In this document: positions 18,979-29,471 of the stretch, piece after piece
How positions within the stretch are numbered: the first letter of the stretch is position 1
Layout of the letters: each line of letters opens with the position of its first letter
Assembly (NCBI GenBank): GCA_041498715.1
Contig: JBGQIW010000002.1
Location: forward strand, 8,499 to 72,498
Direction of reading: 5' to 3'
Source: Gemmatimonadota bacterium
GTDB taxonomy: Bacteria; Gemmatimonadota; Gemmatimonadetes; Gemmatimonadales; GWC2-71-9
Length of the DNA stretch: 64,000 bases
Translations under genes and position numbers: made by a program
Notes under the pieces: generated by a model
Seen by the model: the letters and a program-made list of their open reading frames with translations, nothing else
What the model was told of the DNA's origin: nothing
Databases searched by the model: none

Positions 18979-19581
18979 GTGGCGCCTAGGGCGGACCTGG
19001 CCGGGAGGAGCGATCAGGACATCGTCGCCCTCGCCCGGGCGGGCGAAGAGGCCGCCTACCGGGAGCTCATCCGCCGCTACGAACGGCCGCTGTTCTCCCT
19101 CCTCTACCGCATGGTACGCGACCGGGAGCTGGCCGAGGATCTGGCGCAGGAAACTTTCGTCAAGGCCTTGAACGCGATCGAATCGTACCGCCCGGAGTAC
19201 AAATTCTCTTCCTGGATCTTCAAGATCGCGAACAACGCGGCCATCGATCATCTCCGGCGGCGCGAGCTGGACACGCTCTCGCTCGAGGGTTCTCCGCACG
19301 CAGAGACGCCTGAGGCGGTCCAGGCGACGGCCCTCCAAATCGGCGACCGGCAGGAGTCCCCGCTCGACGAGGTGGAGGCGCGGGAGCTCGGCGGGCAGAT
19401 CGAGCAGGCGATCGCGCGGCTCCGGCCCGAGTACCGCTCGTGCATTCTGCTCCGCCACGTGGAGGGCCGGGCATACGAGGAAATCGCTGAAATTCTGAAT
19501 CTTCCGCTGGGCACGGTGAAGACGTACATCCATCGGGCGCGCAATGAGTTGAGGCAAGCGCTCGCACACTTGCGCGAGTGA
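18979..19581 (+). CDS. ECF (group IV) sigma-70 factor
   Basis: Region 2 (YRELIRRYERPLFSLLYRMVRDRELAEDLAQETFVKA) and region 4 (EEIAEILNLPLGTVKTYIHRAR). Confidence 0.85.
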   Translation: MAPRADLAGRSDQDIVALARAGEEAAYRELIRRYERPLFSLLYRMVRDRELAEDLAQETFVKALNAIESYRPEYKFSSWIFKIANNAAIDHLRRRELDTLSLEGSPHAETPEAVQATALQIGDRQESPLDEVEARELGGQIEQAIARLRPEYRSCILLRHVEGRAYEEIAEILNLPLGTVKTYIHRARNELRQALAHLRE

Positions 19582-19617
19582 AACCTTCCCATTGTCGCCA
19601 TCGTAAAGGGGTCCACG

Positions 19618-20229
19618 ATGACCGGTAATTCTTCCCCGCAGCATTTCGGTCCCGACGAGCTGGACGGCTGGCTCGCCGGCGTGCGCACGCCCGAGCTCGG
19701 CCGGCATCTGAACGAATGCTCCGACTGCCTCGAGCTGGTGCGCACCGAAGAGGCGCTGATCGCGCGGCTCGGGGCGCTTCCACTCTACGCCCCGCGGGCC
19801 GATTTCAGCGACCGGGTCATGGCCTCGGTGTACATCCCGGATCCGTTCGCGATCCGCTCGCTTCAGGCGGCCCGGCGCCGGTTGTTCGCCTCCCGCAAGT
19901 CGATCGCGATCGCGGCCATGCTCGCCCTCGTGCTGCTGGGTTCCATGACGGCCAGCGCCGCGTGGACGCTCGCCCACCGGGACACGCTGCTCGGGGCCGG
20001 CAACTGGCTCGCGAGCGAGTCCGCTCGGTGGGCCTGGGTGGGTCTGCGTGGCGCGGCGCTGAACCTGATCGAGCAACCCTGGTTCAGCGGTTTCCGGAGC
20101 CTCGTCGATGCGCCGGGCCGGCTGGCCCTCGCCTCGGCGGCGATGTCCCTCATGTACGTGAGCGGCATCCTCGCACTCCGGCGCCTCCTCGCGATCCCGA
20201 CGCAGCGGGTGGCCCATGCCAACAGCTAG
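19618..20229 (+). CDS. Putative zinc-binding anti-sigma factor, single-pass membrane protein
   Basis: Sits directly downstream of the ECF sigma. HLNECSDC motif (ZAS-like HxxxCxxC) and one central hydrophobic helix. Confidence 0.55.
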   Translation: MTGNSSPQHFGPDELDGWLAGVRTPELGRHLNECSDCLELVRTEEALIARLGALPLYAPRADFSDRVMASVYIPDPFAIRSLQAARRRLFASRKSIAIAAMLALVLLGSMTASAAWTLAHRDTLLGAGNWLASESARWAWVGLRGAALNLIEQPWFSGFRSLVDAPGRLALASAAMSLMYVSGILALRRLLAIPTQRVAHANS

Positions 20230-21481
20230 CCGCGTTCCGGCCGCCCTGGGCTTCTTCGTCTTCGTGCTGGCCCCGGCCGCCCATGCGAGCCCGCACGGGC
20301 TCGGCCATGTGAGCGACGTCATCGAGACCTTCCGCGCGTTCGTCGTCCAGCAAATCACGCAGAGCCCGCCCAAGCCCAAGCCCGCCACCATCGCGCCGGC
20401 GCCGGGCGGCCCCACCGTCGACCTGAGCGACCTGAGCCGGCCCGAAGCCGTCGAGCGCGCGCTTCGCAGCGCCGTTCCCGACCCGGGGCCGGAGAGCCGC
20501 CTCACGGTGACGAACGGCCAAGCCCGACTGGGAGATTTCTCGATCGGGTCCGCTGAGACCGTGACCGGGCACCTGCTCGTGCTCAGGGGAAACGCGAACA
20601 TCTACGGCCATCTCCTCGGCAACCTGGTCACCGTGGACGGCGACGTGTTCGTCCATCCGGGAGGCGCGGTCTCCGGCGACATCCTGGCGCTGCACGGAGA
20701 CGTCAGGGACCAGGGAGGTGAGATCGGCGGGGAGGTCCGGACCCTGAGCGCGCCGCTCGCACCCGCGGTGCCGGCGCTCTCGCCGCTGGCCTCGTTCGGT
20801 CGCAACGTCGCCGGAGTGGCTGGCGTCTTCCTCACCCTGCTGGCCCTTGGCGTCGGCCTGGTGACGTTCGCCCGCCCCAACCTCGAAGTCGTGTCGGACA
20901 CCGTGTCGCACTCCTTCGGACGCTCCTTCGTCACCGGGCTCGTCGGCCAGATCCTGATCCTGCCGACCTTCGGCATGCTGATCGTGGGGCTCATCCTGAG
21001 CGTCGCGGGGATCCTGCTGCTGCCGTTCGCGGTCGTCGTGTACGTGCTGCTGGCCATCCTGGGGGTGGTGGGCGGTTACCTCGCCGTGGCGCACGCGCTC
21101 GGAGAGACCTACACCCGGCGTCGCATGGCCCAGGGCGCGGCTCTCGGGTCGCCCAACAGCTACCGATACCTCCTCGTCGGGCTGAGCAGCCTATTCGTCC
21201 TCTGGGCGGCGTGGTGCCTGTTCGGGTGGGTGCCGCTGGCCGGGGAGATCGTGCGCGGAGCTGCCGTGCTCGTGACCTGGCTCATGGCCACCGTCGGATT
21301 CGGGGCCGCGCTGCTGAGCCGCGCCGGTGTGCGGGAAAGCTTCGCGGGCCGGTTGATTCCGCCGGAAGCGCTCACGGACGAATATCTGTGGGCCACGCCG
21401 CAGTTCGGCGTGCCGGCGGTGCGGCGACCGGAGGCGGGTCCGGGCGCTCGTCCGGGCACGCGTCACGACCTGGGCCGTTGA
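20216..21481 (+). CDS. Membrane protein with an extracytoplasmic bactofilin-like (polymer-forming, beta-helical) repeat region
   Basis: Signal peptide, then repetitive G-h-h-x-G-D/N-h strands (GHLLVLRGNANIYGHLLGNLVTVDGDVFVHPGGAVSGDILALHGDV), then about 5 TM helices. Confidence 0.5.
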   Translation: MPTASRVPAALGFFVFVLAPAAHASPHGLGHVSDVIETFRAFVVQQITQSPPKPKPATIAPAPGGPTVDLSDLSRPEAVERALRSAVPDPGPESRLTVTNGQARLGDFSIGSAETVTGHLLVLRGNANIYGHLLGNLVTVDGDVFVHPGGAVSGDILALHGDVRDQGGEIGGEVRTLSAPLAPAVPALSPLASFGRNVAGVAGVFLTLLALGVGLVTFARPNLEVVSDTVSHSFGRSFVTGLVGQILILPTFGMLIVGLILSVAGILLLPFAVVVYVLLAILGVVGGYLAVAHALGETYTRRRMAQGAALGSPNSYRYLLVGLSSLFVLWAAWCLFGWVPLAGEIVRGAAVLVTWLMATVGFGAALLSRAGVRESFAGRLIPPEALTDEYLWATPQFGVPAVRRPEAGPGARPGTRHDLGR

Positions 21482-21486
21482 CCCCG

Positions 21487-22329
21487 ATGCGCGCCGCCCT
21501 CGTCGGCGTGGCGCTCGTCTGTTGGGCCGGAGCGCTTCGGGCCCAGACGATGCGGCCGTTCACCACCTTCCGTCAGCTGCACGGTGAAACCCGGCTCGAC
21601 GCACGGCTCGAGTTCGTCGCGGGCCGGCTGCGGGTCGGGCCCGGCCGCGGTACCGAGCTGTATCGGATGAACCTCGCCTATGACGCGGACCGGTTCGTCC
21701 CCCTGTCCCGCTATGACGCCGCCTCCGGCACCGCGCTCCTCGGCGTGGAGCCCGTCGGCGGACCGGGACTGCGCGTGGTGTCGCGGCACCAGCTCCAGCA
21801 GGACGCCGAGGTGGAGCTCTCGCCCCAGACCGACCTCGCCCTCGCCGTCTCCCTCGGCGCGGTGGAGGCCGATCTCGACCTCGGCGGTCTGCGTCTAACG
21901 GAGCTGCGGCTCGAGGCGGGCGCCAGCCGCTCGGTGGTGCGCTTCTCCCGGCCCAACCCCATCCGGTGCCGGACCGCGGATATCTCCGCCGGAGCGGCGG
22001 AAGTCTCCATTCTCAAGCTCGGCAACAGCCGCTGCGATCGGTTGCGGGTCGAGGGCGGGATCGGCCGGATGACCCTCGACTTCGGCGGGACGTGGACCGG
22101 CTCGCAGCGGGCGGAGCTGAGCCTCGCGGTGACGGAGCTCCGGCTTCAGCTCCCCCGCAAGGTGGGTGTGCGGATCACCATGGACCGGTTCCTCGCGAGC
22201 TTCGACCCGGGGGGCCTGATCCGCCGGGGGAACGAGTGGGTGACGCCCGGCTACGATCAGGCCGAGCGGCACCTCGACCTCGCGCTCAAGACAACGGTCG
22301 GCGGCGTCCGGATCGACTGGACCAACTGA
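21487..22329 (+). CDS. Secreted protein, toastrack/DUF2154-DUF4097-like beta-rich fold (tentative)
   Basis: Signal peptide MRAALVGVALVCWAGALRAQ. Repeated short beta-strand segments ending in ...GGVRIDW. Family assignment is by resemblance only. Confidence 0.4.
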   Translation: MRAALVGVALVCWAGALRAQTMRPFTTFRQLHGETRLDARLEFVAGRLRVGPGRGTELYRMNLAYDADRFVPLSRYDAASGTALLGVEPVGGPGLRVVSRHQLQQDAEVELSPQTDLALAVSLGAVEADLDLGGLRLTELRLEAGASRSVVRFSRPNPIRCRTADISAGAAEVSILKLGNSRCDRLRVEGGIGRMTLDFGGTWTGSQRAELSLAVTELRLQLPRKVGVRITMDRFLASFDPGGLIRRGNEWVTPGYDQAERHLDLALKTTVGGVRIDWTN

Positions 22330-22384
22330 GGCACGGCGTCCCGCCCGTTGCTATGCTTCAGGCGGCCGGCACACCGGAGGCCCC

Positions 22385-22993
22385 ATGTCGCCGCTCGAGA
22401 CGCTGGGCTTCACCCTCGGTACCTCCTTCGCGTCGGGACTCAACCTCTACGCGACCATCGCGGCGGCCGGACTACTCGACCGCTTCGGTATCATCCACCT
22501 GCCCCCCTCGCTCGCGGTGCTCTCCCAGCCGGTGGTTTGGGGCATCGCGCTGGCGCTCTTCGTCGTCGAGTTCTTCGCGGACAAGATCCCGCTGGTGGAC
22601 ACGGCCTGGGACACGCTCCACACCTTCATCCGTCCCCCGGCGGCGGCCCTGCTGGGCTACGCGGCCTTCGGCGACGTGCCCGAGCCGTGGAAGATCTGCG
22701 CAGCGCTCCTGGCGGGCGGGGTGGCACTCACCTCCCATGGCGCCAAGGCCACGACCCGGGCCGCGGCGAACACGAGCCCCGAGCCGTTCAGCAACTGGCT
22801 CCTGAGCGTGGTCGAGGACGCCGTCGCGGTCGGATTGTCGTGGCTCGCCGGCACCCATCCGATTCTCACCGGCGCGATCGTCCTGGTGCTCCTGGTGCTG
22901 TCCGCGCTCTTGATCTGGAAGCTGTGGGGTCTGTTCCGGAAGGCGTTCGCCAAGCTCGCCGGCCCCGCGCCCGCGGCGGGAGCCGGGCCCTAA
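22385..22993 (+). CDS. DUF4126-family membrane protein
   Basis: 202 aa, multi-TM. FFADKIPLVDTAWDTLHTFIRP is typical of DUF4126. Confidence 0.6.
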   Translation: MSPLETLGFTLGTSFASGLNLYATIAAAGLLDRFGIIHLPPSLAVLSQPVVWGIALALFVVEFFADKIPLVDTAWDTLHTFIRPPAAALLGYAAFGDVPEPWKICAALLAGGVALTSHGAKATTRAAANTSPEPFSNWLLSVVEDAVAVGLSWLAGTHPILTGAIVLVLLVLSALLIWKLWGLFRKAFAKLAGPAPAAGAGP

Positions 22994-23748
22994 CCCAGCC
23001 TCACCCTCACCTCCCCGCCCACACCGAGGCCCAGCCGGCGCGCAGCGGAACCATTGCGCACGGCGATCTCGACCGCGCCGTCCGAACCGACGAGCGCCAC
23101 CAGTCCGCCGGCCGCCACCTCCGCGAACGTGCGCCTCAAGGGGCCGAGATCGAGGTCCTCGACCTCGAGCGTGGCGTAGGATGGCACGTGCTCGGTCGTG
23201 AGATTGGTGACCAGCGTTCCGAACCGGTCCACGTAAATCACTTCGCCGACGACGCTCTTGCCCTCGTAGCGCGGCTCCGCCGTGGCGAGGCGCTCCGGGA
23301 TTCCGAGAAAGGGCGGGCCCAGCGAATCGAGCGGGCTGCCGAACGCGATGGCCGCCGCCGCCGGCGCAAAGACGTCCCGGCCGTGGAAGGTGGGCGAGGC
23401 CGCAGGGGGCGTGGGGAGTGCTACGATCTCCACGACCGTGTCGTGCAGGACGCGGCTGAAGATCCCGTTGTCGGGGCCCACGAAGAAGTGGCCGCCGGCC
23501 CGAAGCGCGAGCGCCCCGCGCGCCGTTCCCACACCCGGATCCACGACGGCGAGATGAACGGTGCCGGGAGGAAACAGGTGCCAGGCCCGGCCGAGCACGT
23601 AGGCGGCGGCCCGGACGTCGCCGGGGGCGATGGCGTGCGTGATGTCCACGAGGGTGATGCCGGGCGCCGACGACAGGAGCACCCCGCGCAGCTCCGCGAC
23701 GTACGCGTCCGAGAGGCCGAAGTCGGTGAGGAGGGTGACGGCCGGCAT
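22990..23748 (-). CDS. SAM hydrolase / SAM-dependent halogenase family (DUF62)
   Basis: VTLLTDFGLSDAYVAELRG N-terminus and VVDPGVGT motif. Confidence 0.8.
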   Translation of the reverse strand: MPAVTLLTDFGLSDAYVAELRGVLLSSAPGITLVDITHAIAPGDVRAAAYVLGRAWHLFPPGTVHLAVVDPGVGTARGALALRAGGHFFVGPDNGIFSRVLHDTVVEIVALPTPPAASPTFHGRDVFAPAAAAIAFGSPLDSLGPPFLGIPERLATAEPRYEGKSVVGEVIYVDRFGTLVTNLTTEHVPSYATLEVEDLDLGPLRRTFAEVAAGGLVALVGSDGAVEIAVRNGSAARRLGLGVGGEVRVRLG

Positions 23749-23764
23749 GGCCGACGGCCCGTCG

Positions 23765-24874
23765 CTAGCCTTTGAGGATGGGCAGGGCGACGGAGCGGCC
23801 GCCGACCTTCTGGTGCAGCGATTCCGCGACGGCGCGCAGGGCTGTGGCGGCCGGGCTCCGGGGCTCCGCCACCACGATCGGACGGCCGGCGTCCGCCAGC
23901 TGGGCGAGCCCGGGCTGGAGCGGAACTTCGCCGAGCAGGGGCGAGCCGATTTCCGCGGCGAGGCGGCGCCCGCCCCCCGTCGAGAAGAAGTCGATGCGCC
24001 GCCCGGTCTCGGGATCGGTGAACCCGCTCATGTTCTCCACCACGCCGATCACCGGCACGCCGACCCGCTCGAACATCTTGGCACCGCGCAGGGCGTCGCC
24101 GACCGCCATTTCCTGCGGGGTGGTCACGATCAGCGCACCGGACACGTGGGTGGCCTGCACCAGCGACAGCTGCGCGTCACCCGTGCCCGGCGGCAGATCC
24201 ACGATGAAGTAGTCGAGCCGCCCCCACTCCACGTCCCGCAGGAACTGCTGCACGACTTTCATGATGATCGGGCCCCGCCAGATCGCGGGGGCGTCGCGCT
24301 CGACCAGAAACCCCAGCGACATGAGCTTCACGCCGTACGCCTCGATCGGATGGATCTTGCCGGCGACGATGGGGGGCTTGTCGAAGGTCCCGAACATCCG
24401 GGGGATGTTCGGCCCATAGACGTCCGCGTCCATCAGCCCGACCGCGTGTCCGGCGGCCGCCAGGGCGACGGCGAGATTGGCGGACACCGTGGACTTGCCC
24501 ACGCCGCCCTTACCCGAAGACACGGCGATGATGCGCCCGAGGTTGGGCTGCTCCGCCGGCGCCGAGGGGGCTTGGGGGGCCGCCGGCGTCGCACCGGGCG
24601 GCGCATGGGTCGCACGCGGGGGGCCGGAGGGATCGACCACGCTGATCTTCACGTCCTCCTTGCGCACGCCCCCGAGCGCGGCCACGGCCGCCCGCGCCTC
24701 GCGCACCAGCGTGGCAGGATCTTCCCTGGACAGCAGAAACGTGAAGGCGACCTTGCCGTCGTCCGTGACGCTCAGGTCCCGGATCATTCCGGCTGACAGA
24801 AGATCGGCGTCGAGGCGGGGATTGCGAATGCGGGCGAGCGCCGAGGTGACCCGGGCTTCCAGAGAATCGGTCAC
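23765..24874 (-). CDS. apbC: Mrp/ApbC/NBP35 Fe-S cluster carrier ATPase
   Basis: N-terminal DUF59-like domain, then the deviant Walker A SGKGGVGKST and a CxxC-region equivalent. Confidence 0.9.
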   Translation of the reverse strand: MTDSLEARVTSALARIRNPRLDADLLSAGMIRDLSVTDDGKVAFTFLLSREDPATLVREARAAVAALGGVRKEDVKISVVDPSGPPRATHAPPGATPAAPQAPSAPAEQPNLGRIIAVSSGKGGVGKSTVSANLAVALAAAGHAVGLMDADVYGPNIPRMFGTFDKPPIVAGKIHPIEAYGVKLMSLGFLVERDAPAIWRGPIIMKVVQQFLRDVEWGRLDYFIVDLPPGTGDAQLSLVQATHVSGALIVTTPQEMAVGDALRGAKMFERVGVPVIGVVENMSGFTDPETGRRIDFFSTGGGRRLAAEIGSPLLGEVPLQPGLAQLADAGRPIVVAEPRSPAATALRAVAESLHQKVGGRSVALPILKG

Positions 24875-24882
24875 GTCAGTCC

Positions 24883-25113
24883 TCAGACAGCTTCAACGGT
24901 CTTCACTTCCGGCACCATTTCGCGGAGACGATGCTCGATACCTTGCCTGAGGGTGACCGACGACGCGGAGCAGCCGTGGCAGGTGCCGCCGAGACGCAGG
25001 AGCAGCCGACCCTCCTGCTCGTCGAAGTCTACGACCTCGACGTGACCGCGGTGGGATGAGATGTAGGGGCGGAGCGTATCCAGCGTGCGCTCAATGCGTT
25101 CGATCGTGTCCAT
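24883..25113 (-). CDS. NifU C-terminal-like (Nfu) Fe-S scaffold protein
   Basis: 76 aa from MDTIERIE... with GGTCHGCSAS (CxxC) motif. The upstream extension of the track ORF was rejected. Confidence 0.8.
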   Translation of the reverse strand: MDTIERIERTLDTLRPYISSHRGHVEVVDFDEQEGRLLLRLGGTCHGCSASSVTLRQGIEHRLREMVPEVKTVEAV

Positions 25114-25174
25114 AAGGGCCGGGGCCGTAATTCCTACAGTCGGATTCGGCAATATAAGACCCGGAGGAGCCGGA

Positions 25175-26197
25175 TCAAACCCGCCCGTTGCCGCAGAGCC
25201 AGGCGCGGGCTGCCGACAGCACCGTACCCTGCACTTCGGCGAGGGTGCCCGGCAGCGCCAGGCCCGAGGCCTTCGTGTGCCCGCCACCGCCGAACTGCTT
25301 CGCGAACGCCGCGACGTCCACGTCCCCGACCGACCGGAGCGACACCTTCACCCGGCCCTGGGACACTTCGCGGAACAGGAGCGCCATCCGCACGCCGTCG
25401 ATCGACCGGGGAAACTCCACCACGCCGTCCAGATCGTCCGAGGACACCCCGAGCCGCTCGATCGCGCCCGGCGGCACCGTGACCCAGGCCAGACCGATCT
25501 CGGGCTCCACCACGAGTGTCTGGAGGGCTTCGGCAAACAGGCGAGGGCGACCTTCGGGGGCACGGGCGTAGACGTCGAGGTAGATCTGCTCCGGGTCGAG
25601 GCCGGTCTCGAGCAGCTCGGCGGCGATGCGAAGCGTGCGCGGATGGGTGTTGCTGAACCGGAAGCCGCCCGTGTCCGTGAGCAGGGCGACGTAGAGCCCG
25701 CGGGCCGCCGCCCGGGTCAGAGGCCATCCATTGGCCACCGCCAGCTCGAAGATCAGCTCACCGGTCGCGGCGGCGGTGGGGTCGAGGTAGCGCGGTCCCG
25801 CCGGCAGCGAGCCCGGGCTCACGTGGTGGTCCACGCAAGCGACAGCTACGCCGCGGTCGCGCACGGTTTCCGCCAGCATGCCCAGCCGCCCGAGATCGGA
25901 GATGTCCAGGACGATGATGACGTCGGACCGCCGCAACTCCTTTACGGCTTCCGCGGTGTGATCGACACCGGGCAGATCGTCCAGCAAGAAGCGAAAGCGG
26001 GGCGGCGTGGGAGAGGGATTGGTGATCGCCACGTCGTAGCCTTGCGCCTGGAGCAGGTGGGCAAGGCCGGCCTCGCTGCCGAGACCATCGCCGTCCGGAT
26101 TGACGTGGGTCGTGAGGCAGATCCGCTGGCCCGGCCGGAGGATCTCGGCGAGCCCGGTCGCGGCGCTGCGGTCGGCGTCAGTCAGGGTGAAGGGCAT
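25175..26197 (-). CDS. nrnA: DHH/DHHA1 phosphoesterase (NrnA-like oligoribonuclease/pAp phosphatase)
   Basis: HVNPDGDGLGS, DHH (CVDHHVS) and GGGH motifs. Confidence 0.8.
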   Translation of the reverse strand: MPFTLTDADRSAATGLAEILRPGQRICLTTHVNPDGDGLGSEAGLAHLLQAQGYDVAITNPSPTPPRFRFLLDDLPGVDHTAEAVKELRRSDVIIVLDISDLGRLGMLAETVRDRGVAVACVDHHVSPGSLPAGPRYLDPTAAATGELIFELAVANGWPLTRAAARGLYVALLTDTGGFRFSNTHPRTLRIAAELLETGLDPEQIYLDVYARAPEGRPRLFAEALQTLVVEPEIGLAWVTVPPGAIERLGVSSDDLDGVVEFPRSIDGVRMALLFREVSQGRVKVSLRSVGDVDVAAFAKQFGGGGHTKASGLALPGTLAEVQGTVLSAARAWLCGNGRV

Positions 26198-26205
26198 GGG
26201 GAAAA

Positions 26206-26288
26206 CAGTAAACGGTGAACGGTGAACAGTGAACGGGGAGCCCTGGAGCTGGCGGCCCCCCGTTGACCGTTCACCGTTTACCGTTCAC
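26206..26288. repeat. Heptad-built long hairpin element, copy A
   Basis: Left arm CAGTAAA-CGGTGAA-CGGTGAA-CAGTGAA-CGGGG, 18-nt loop, complementary right arm CCCCG-TTGACCG-TTCACCG-TTTACCG-TTCAC. About 31 stacked positions with 3 mismatches and 1 G-U. The right arm contains the permease stop codon. Confidence 0.75.
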
Positions 26289-27769
26289 CCGGCGGTGCGC
26301 CCCACCTTCGAGTGCTGCCTGCCATACAAGAAGTAGATCGCGAGCCCAATGGCCATCCAGACGATCAGCCTGGCCCAGGTGTCCTTGGGCAGCTGAACCA
26401 TCAGATAGACGCATGCCAGGATGCCCAGAAACGGCACGACGGGAACCCAGGGGGTTCGGAACGGTCGGGGGCGCTCCGGATCGGTATACCGCAGGACGAG
26501 GACGCCGGCGCACACGATCGCAAAGGCGAGCAGCGTGCCGATGGATACCAGCTCACCCAGGAGACCGATCGGCAAGAGCCCGGCCATCGCCATCGCGAAG
26601 ACGCCGGTGAGAAGGCTCGCGAGCCACGGTGTCCGGAACTTCGGATGGACCGCCGCGAACACGGGGGGGAGCAAGCCGTCCTTCGACATCGTGTAGAAGA
26701 TCCGCGGCTGGCCGAGGAGCATCACGAGGATCACCGAGGTGAGCCCCGCGATGGCGCCAACCTTCACGATCGGACGAAGCCACGCCAGGCCGGGTCCGGC
26801 TGCGTTGACGCCGACCGCGATCGGGTCGGGCACGGCGAGCTGAGTGTACTTGACGATGCCCGTGAGCACGAGCGCGACCGCGATGTAGAGGACGGTGCAG
26901 ATCGCGAGCGAGCCGAGGATGCCGATCGGCATGTCGCGCTGCGGCTTCTTCGCCTCCTGCGCCGCCGTGGAGACCGCGTCGAATCCGATATAGGCGAAGA
27001 AGATGACCGCCGCGCCGCGCAGGATGCCGCTCACGCCGTACTTCCCGGGGCCCTCCTGCGGCGGGATGAACGGAACCCAGTTGTCCCGGTTGATGTACGC
27101 CATCCCGCACGCGATGAAAAGCAGGACCACCGTGACCTTGATCACGACGATGACGTTGTTGAAGGTCGCCGACTCGCTGATGCCGATGATGAGGAGGATG
27201 GTGATGAACGCGACGATGAACATGGCGGGCAGGTTGAGCACGGCGCCGGTGGACGACCAGCCCTCCGTGAACAACTGCCACACGTTCCACCAGGCCGCGC
27301 CCGGCACCACCGCATGCACGTAAGGTGCCGACGTGAACTGCGCCGGAATGGTTATGCCGAGGTCTTTCAGGAACGACACCACGTAGCCGGACCAGCCGAC
27401 CGCCACGGTGGACGCCGCAAAGAGGTACTCGAGGATCAGGTCCCAACCGATGATCCAGGCGATCAGCTCACCGAGCGTCGCGTAGCCGTAGGTGTACGCC
27501 GAGCCCGCGACCGGGATCATCGAGGAGAACTCGGCGTAGCACAGGCCGGCGAGGGCACAGGCGCTCCCCGCGAGCACGAACGACCAGACGATCGCCGGAC
27601 CCGCGTACGCGGCGGCCGCCTGGCCCGTGAGCACGAAGATGCCGGCGCCGATGATGGCGCCGATGCCGAGGAACACGAGGTTGACGGGGCCCAGGGCGCG
27701 CTTCAGGCTCTGGTCGGTGGCGACCTCGGCCTGAAGGCCCGCGATGTCCTTGCGGCGGAAGAGGCTCAT
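26285..27769 (-). CDS. APC-superfamily amino acid permease (cationic amino acid transporter-like)
   Basis: 494 aa, about 12-14 TM. N-terminus MSLFRRKDI...LKRALGPVNLVFLGIGAIIGAGIF is typical of the APC/CAT family. Confidence 0.85.
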   Translation of the reverse strand: MSLFRRKDIAGLQAEVATDQSLKRALGPVNLVFLGIGAIIGAGIFVLTGQAAAAYAGPAIVWSFVLAGSACALAGLCYAEFSSMIPVAGSAYTYGYATLGELIAWIIGWDLILEYLFAASTVAVGWSGYVVSFLKDLGITIPAQFTSAPYVHAVVPGAAWWNVWQLFTEGWSSTGAVLNLPAMFIVAFITILLIIGISESATFNNVIVVIKVTVVLLFIACGMAYINRDNWVPFIPPQEGPGKYGVSGILRGAAVIFFAYIGFDAVSTAAQEAKKPQRDMPIGILGSLAICTVLYIAVALVLTGIVKYTQLAVPDPIAVGVNAAGPGLAWLRPIVKVGAIAGLTSVILVMLLGQPRIFYTMSKDGLLPPVFAAVHPKFRTPWLASLLTGVFAMAMAGLLPIGLLGELVSIGTLLAFAIVCAGVLVLRYTDPERPRPFRTPWVPVVPFLGILACVYLMVQLPKDTWARLIVWMAIGLAIYFLYGRQHSKVGRTAG

Positions 27770-27797
27770 GAGGTGTCCGGGGCGAGGGAGGACGGCG

Positions 27798-27884
27798 GTG
27801 AGCGGTAAACGGTGAACAGTGAACGGGGGACCCGATGACGATCGAGCCCCCGTTTACCGTTCACCGTTCACCGCTTACGGTTGT

Positions 27885-27887
<3 letters not shown>
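27798..27887. repeat. Heptad-built long hairpin element, copy B
   Basis: GTGAGCG-GTAAACG-GTGAACA-GTGAACG-GGGG, 17-nt loop, CCCCCG-TTTACCG-TTCACCG-TTCACCG-CTTAC. 32 stacked positions with 2 mismatches and 2 G-U. Its distal end overlaps the guaB stop codon. Confidence 0.75.

Positions 27888-29471
<1,584 letters not shown>

Noticed and set aside
21478-21490. Shared TGACCCCGATGCG junction at 21478-21490 and 34019-34031 (stop, 5 nt, then ATG of a signal-peptide protein).
   Set aside because: Only 13 nt are identical and the flanks are unrelated. Most likely coincidence or a common stop/RBS-poor restart context.
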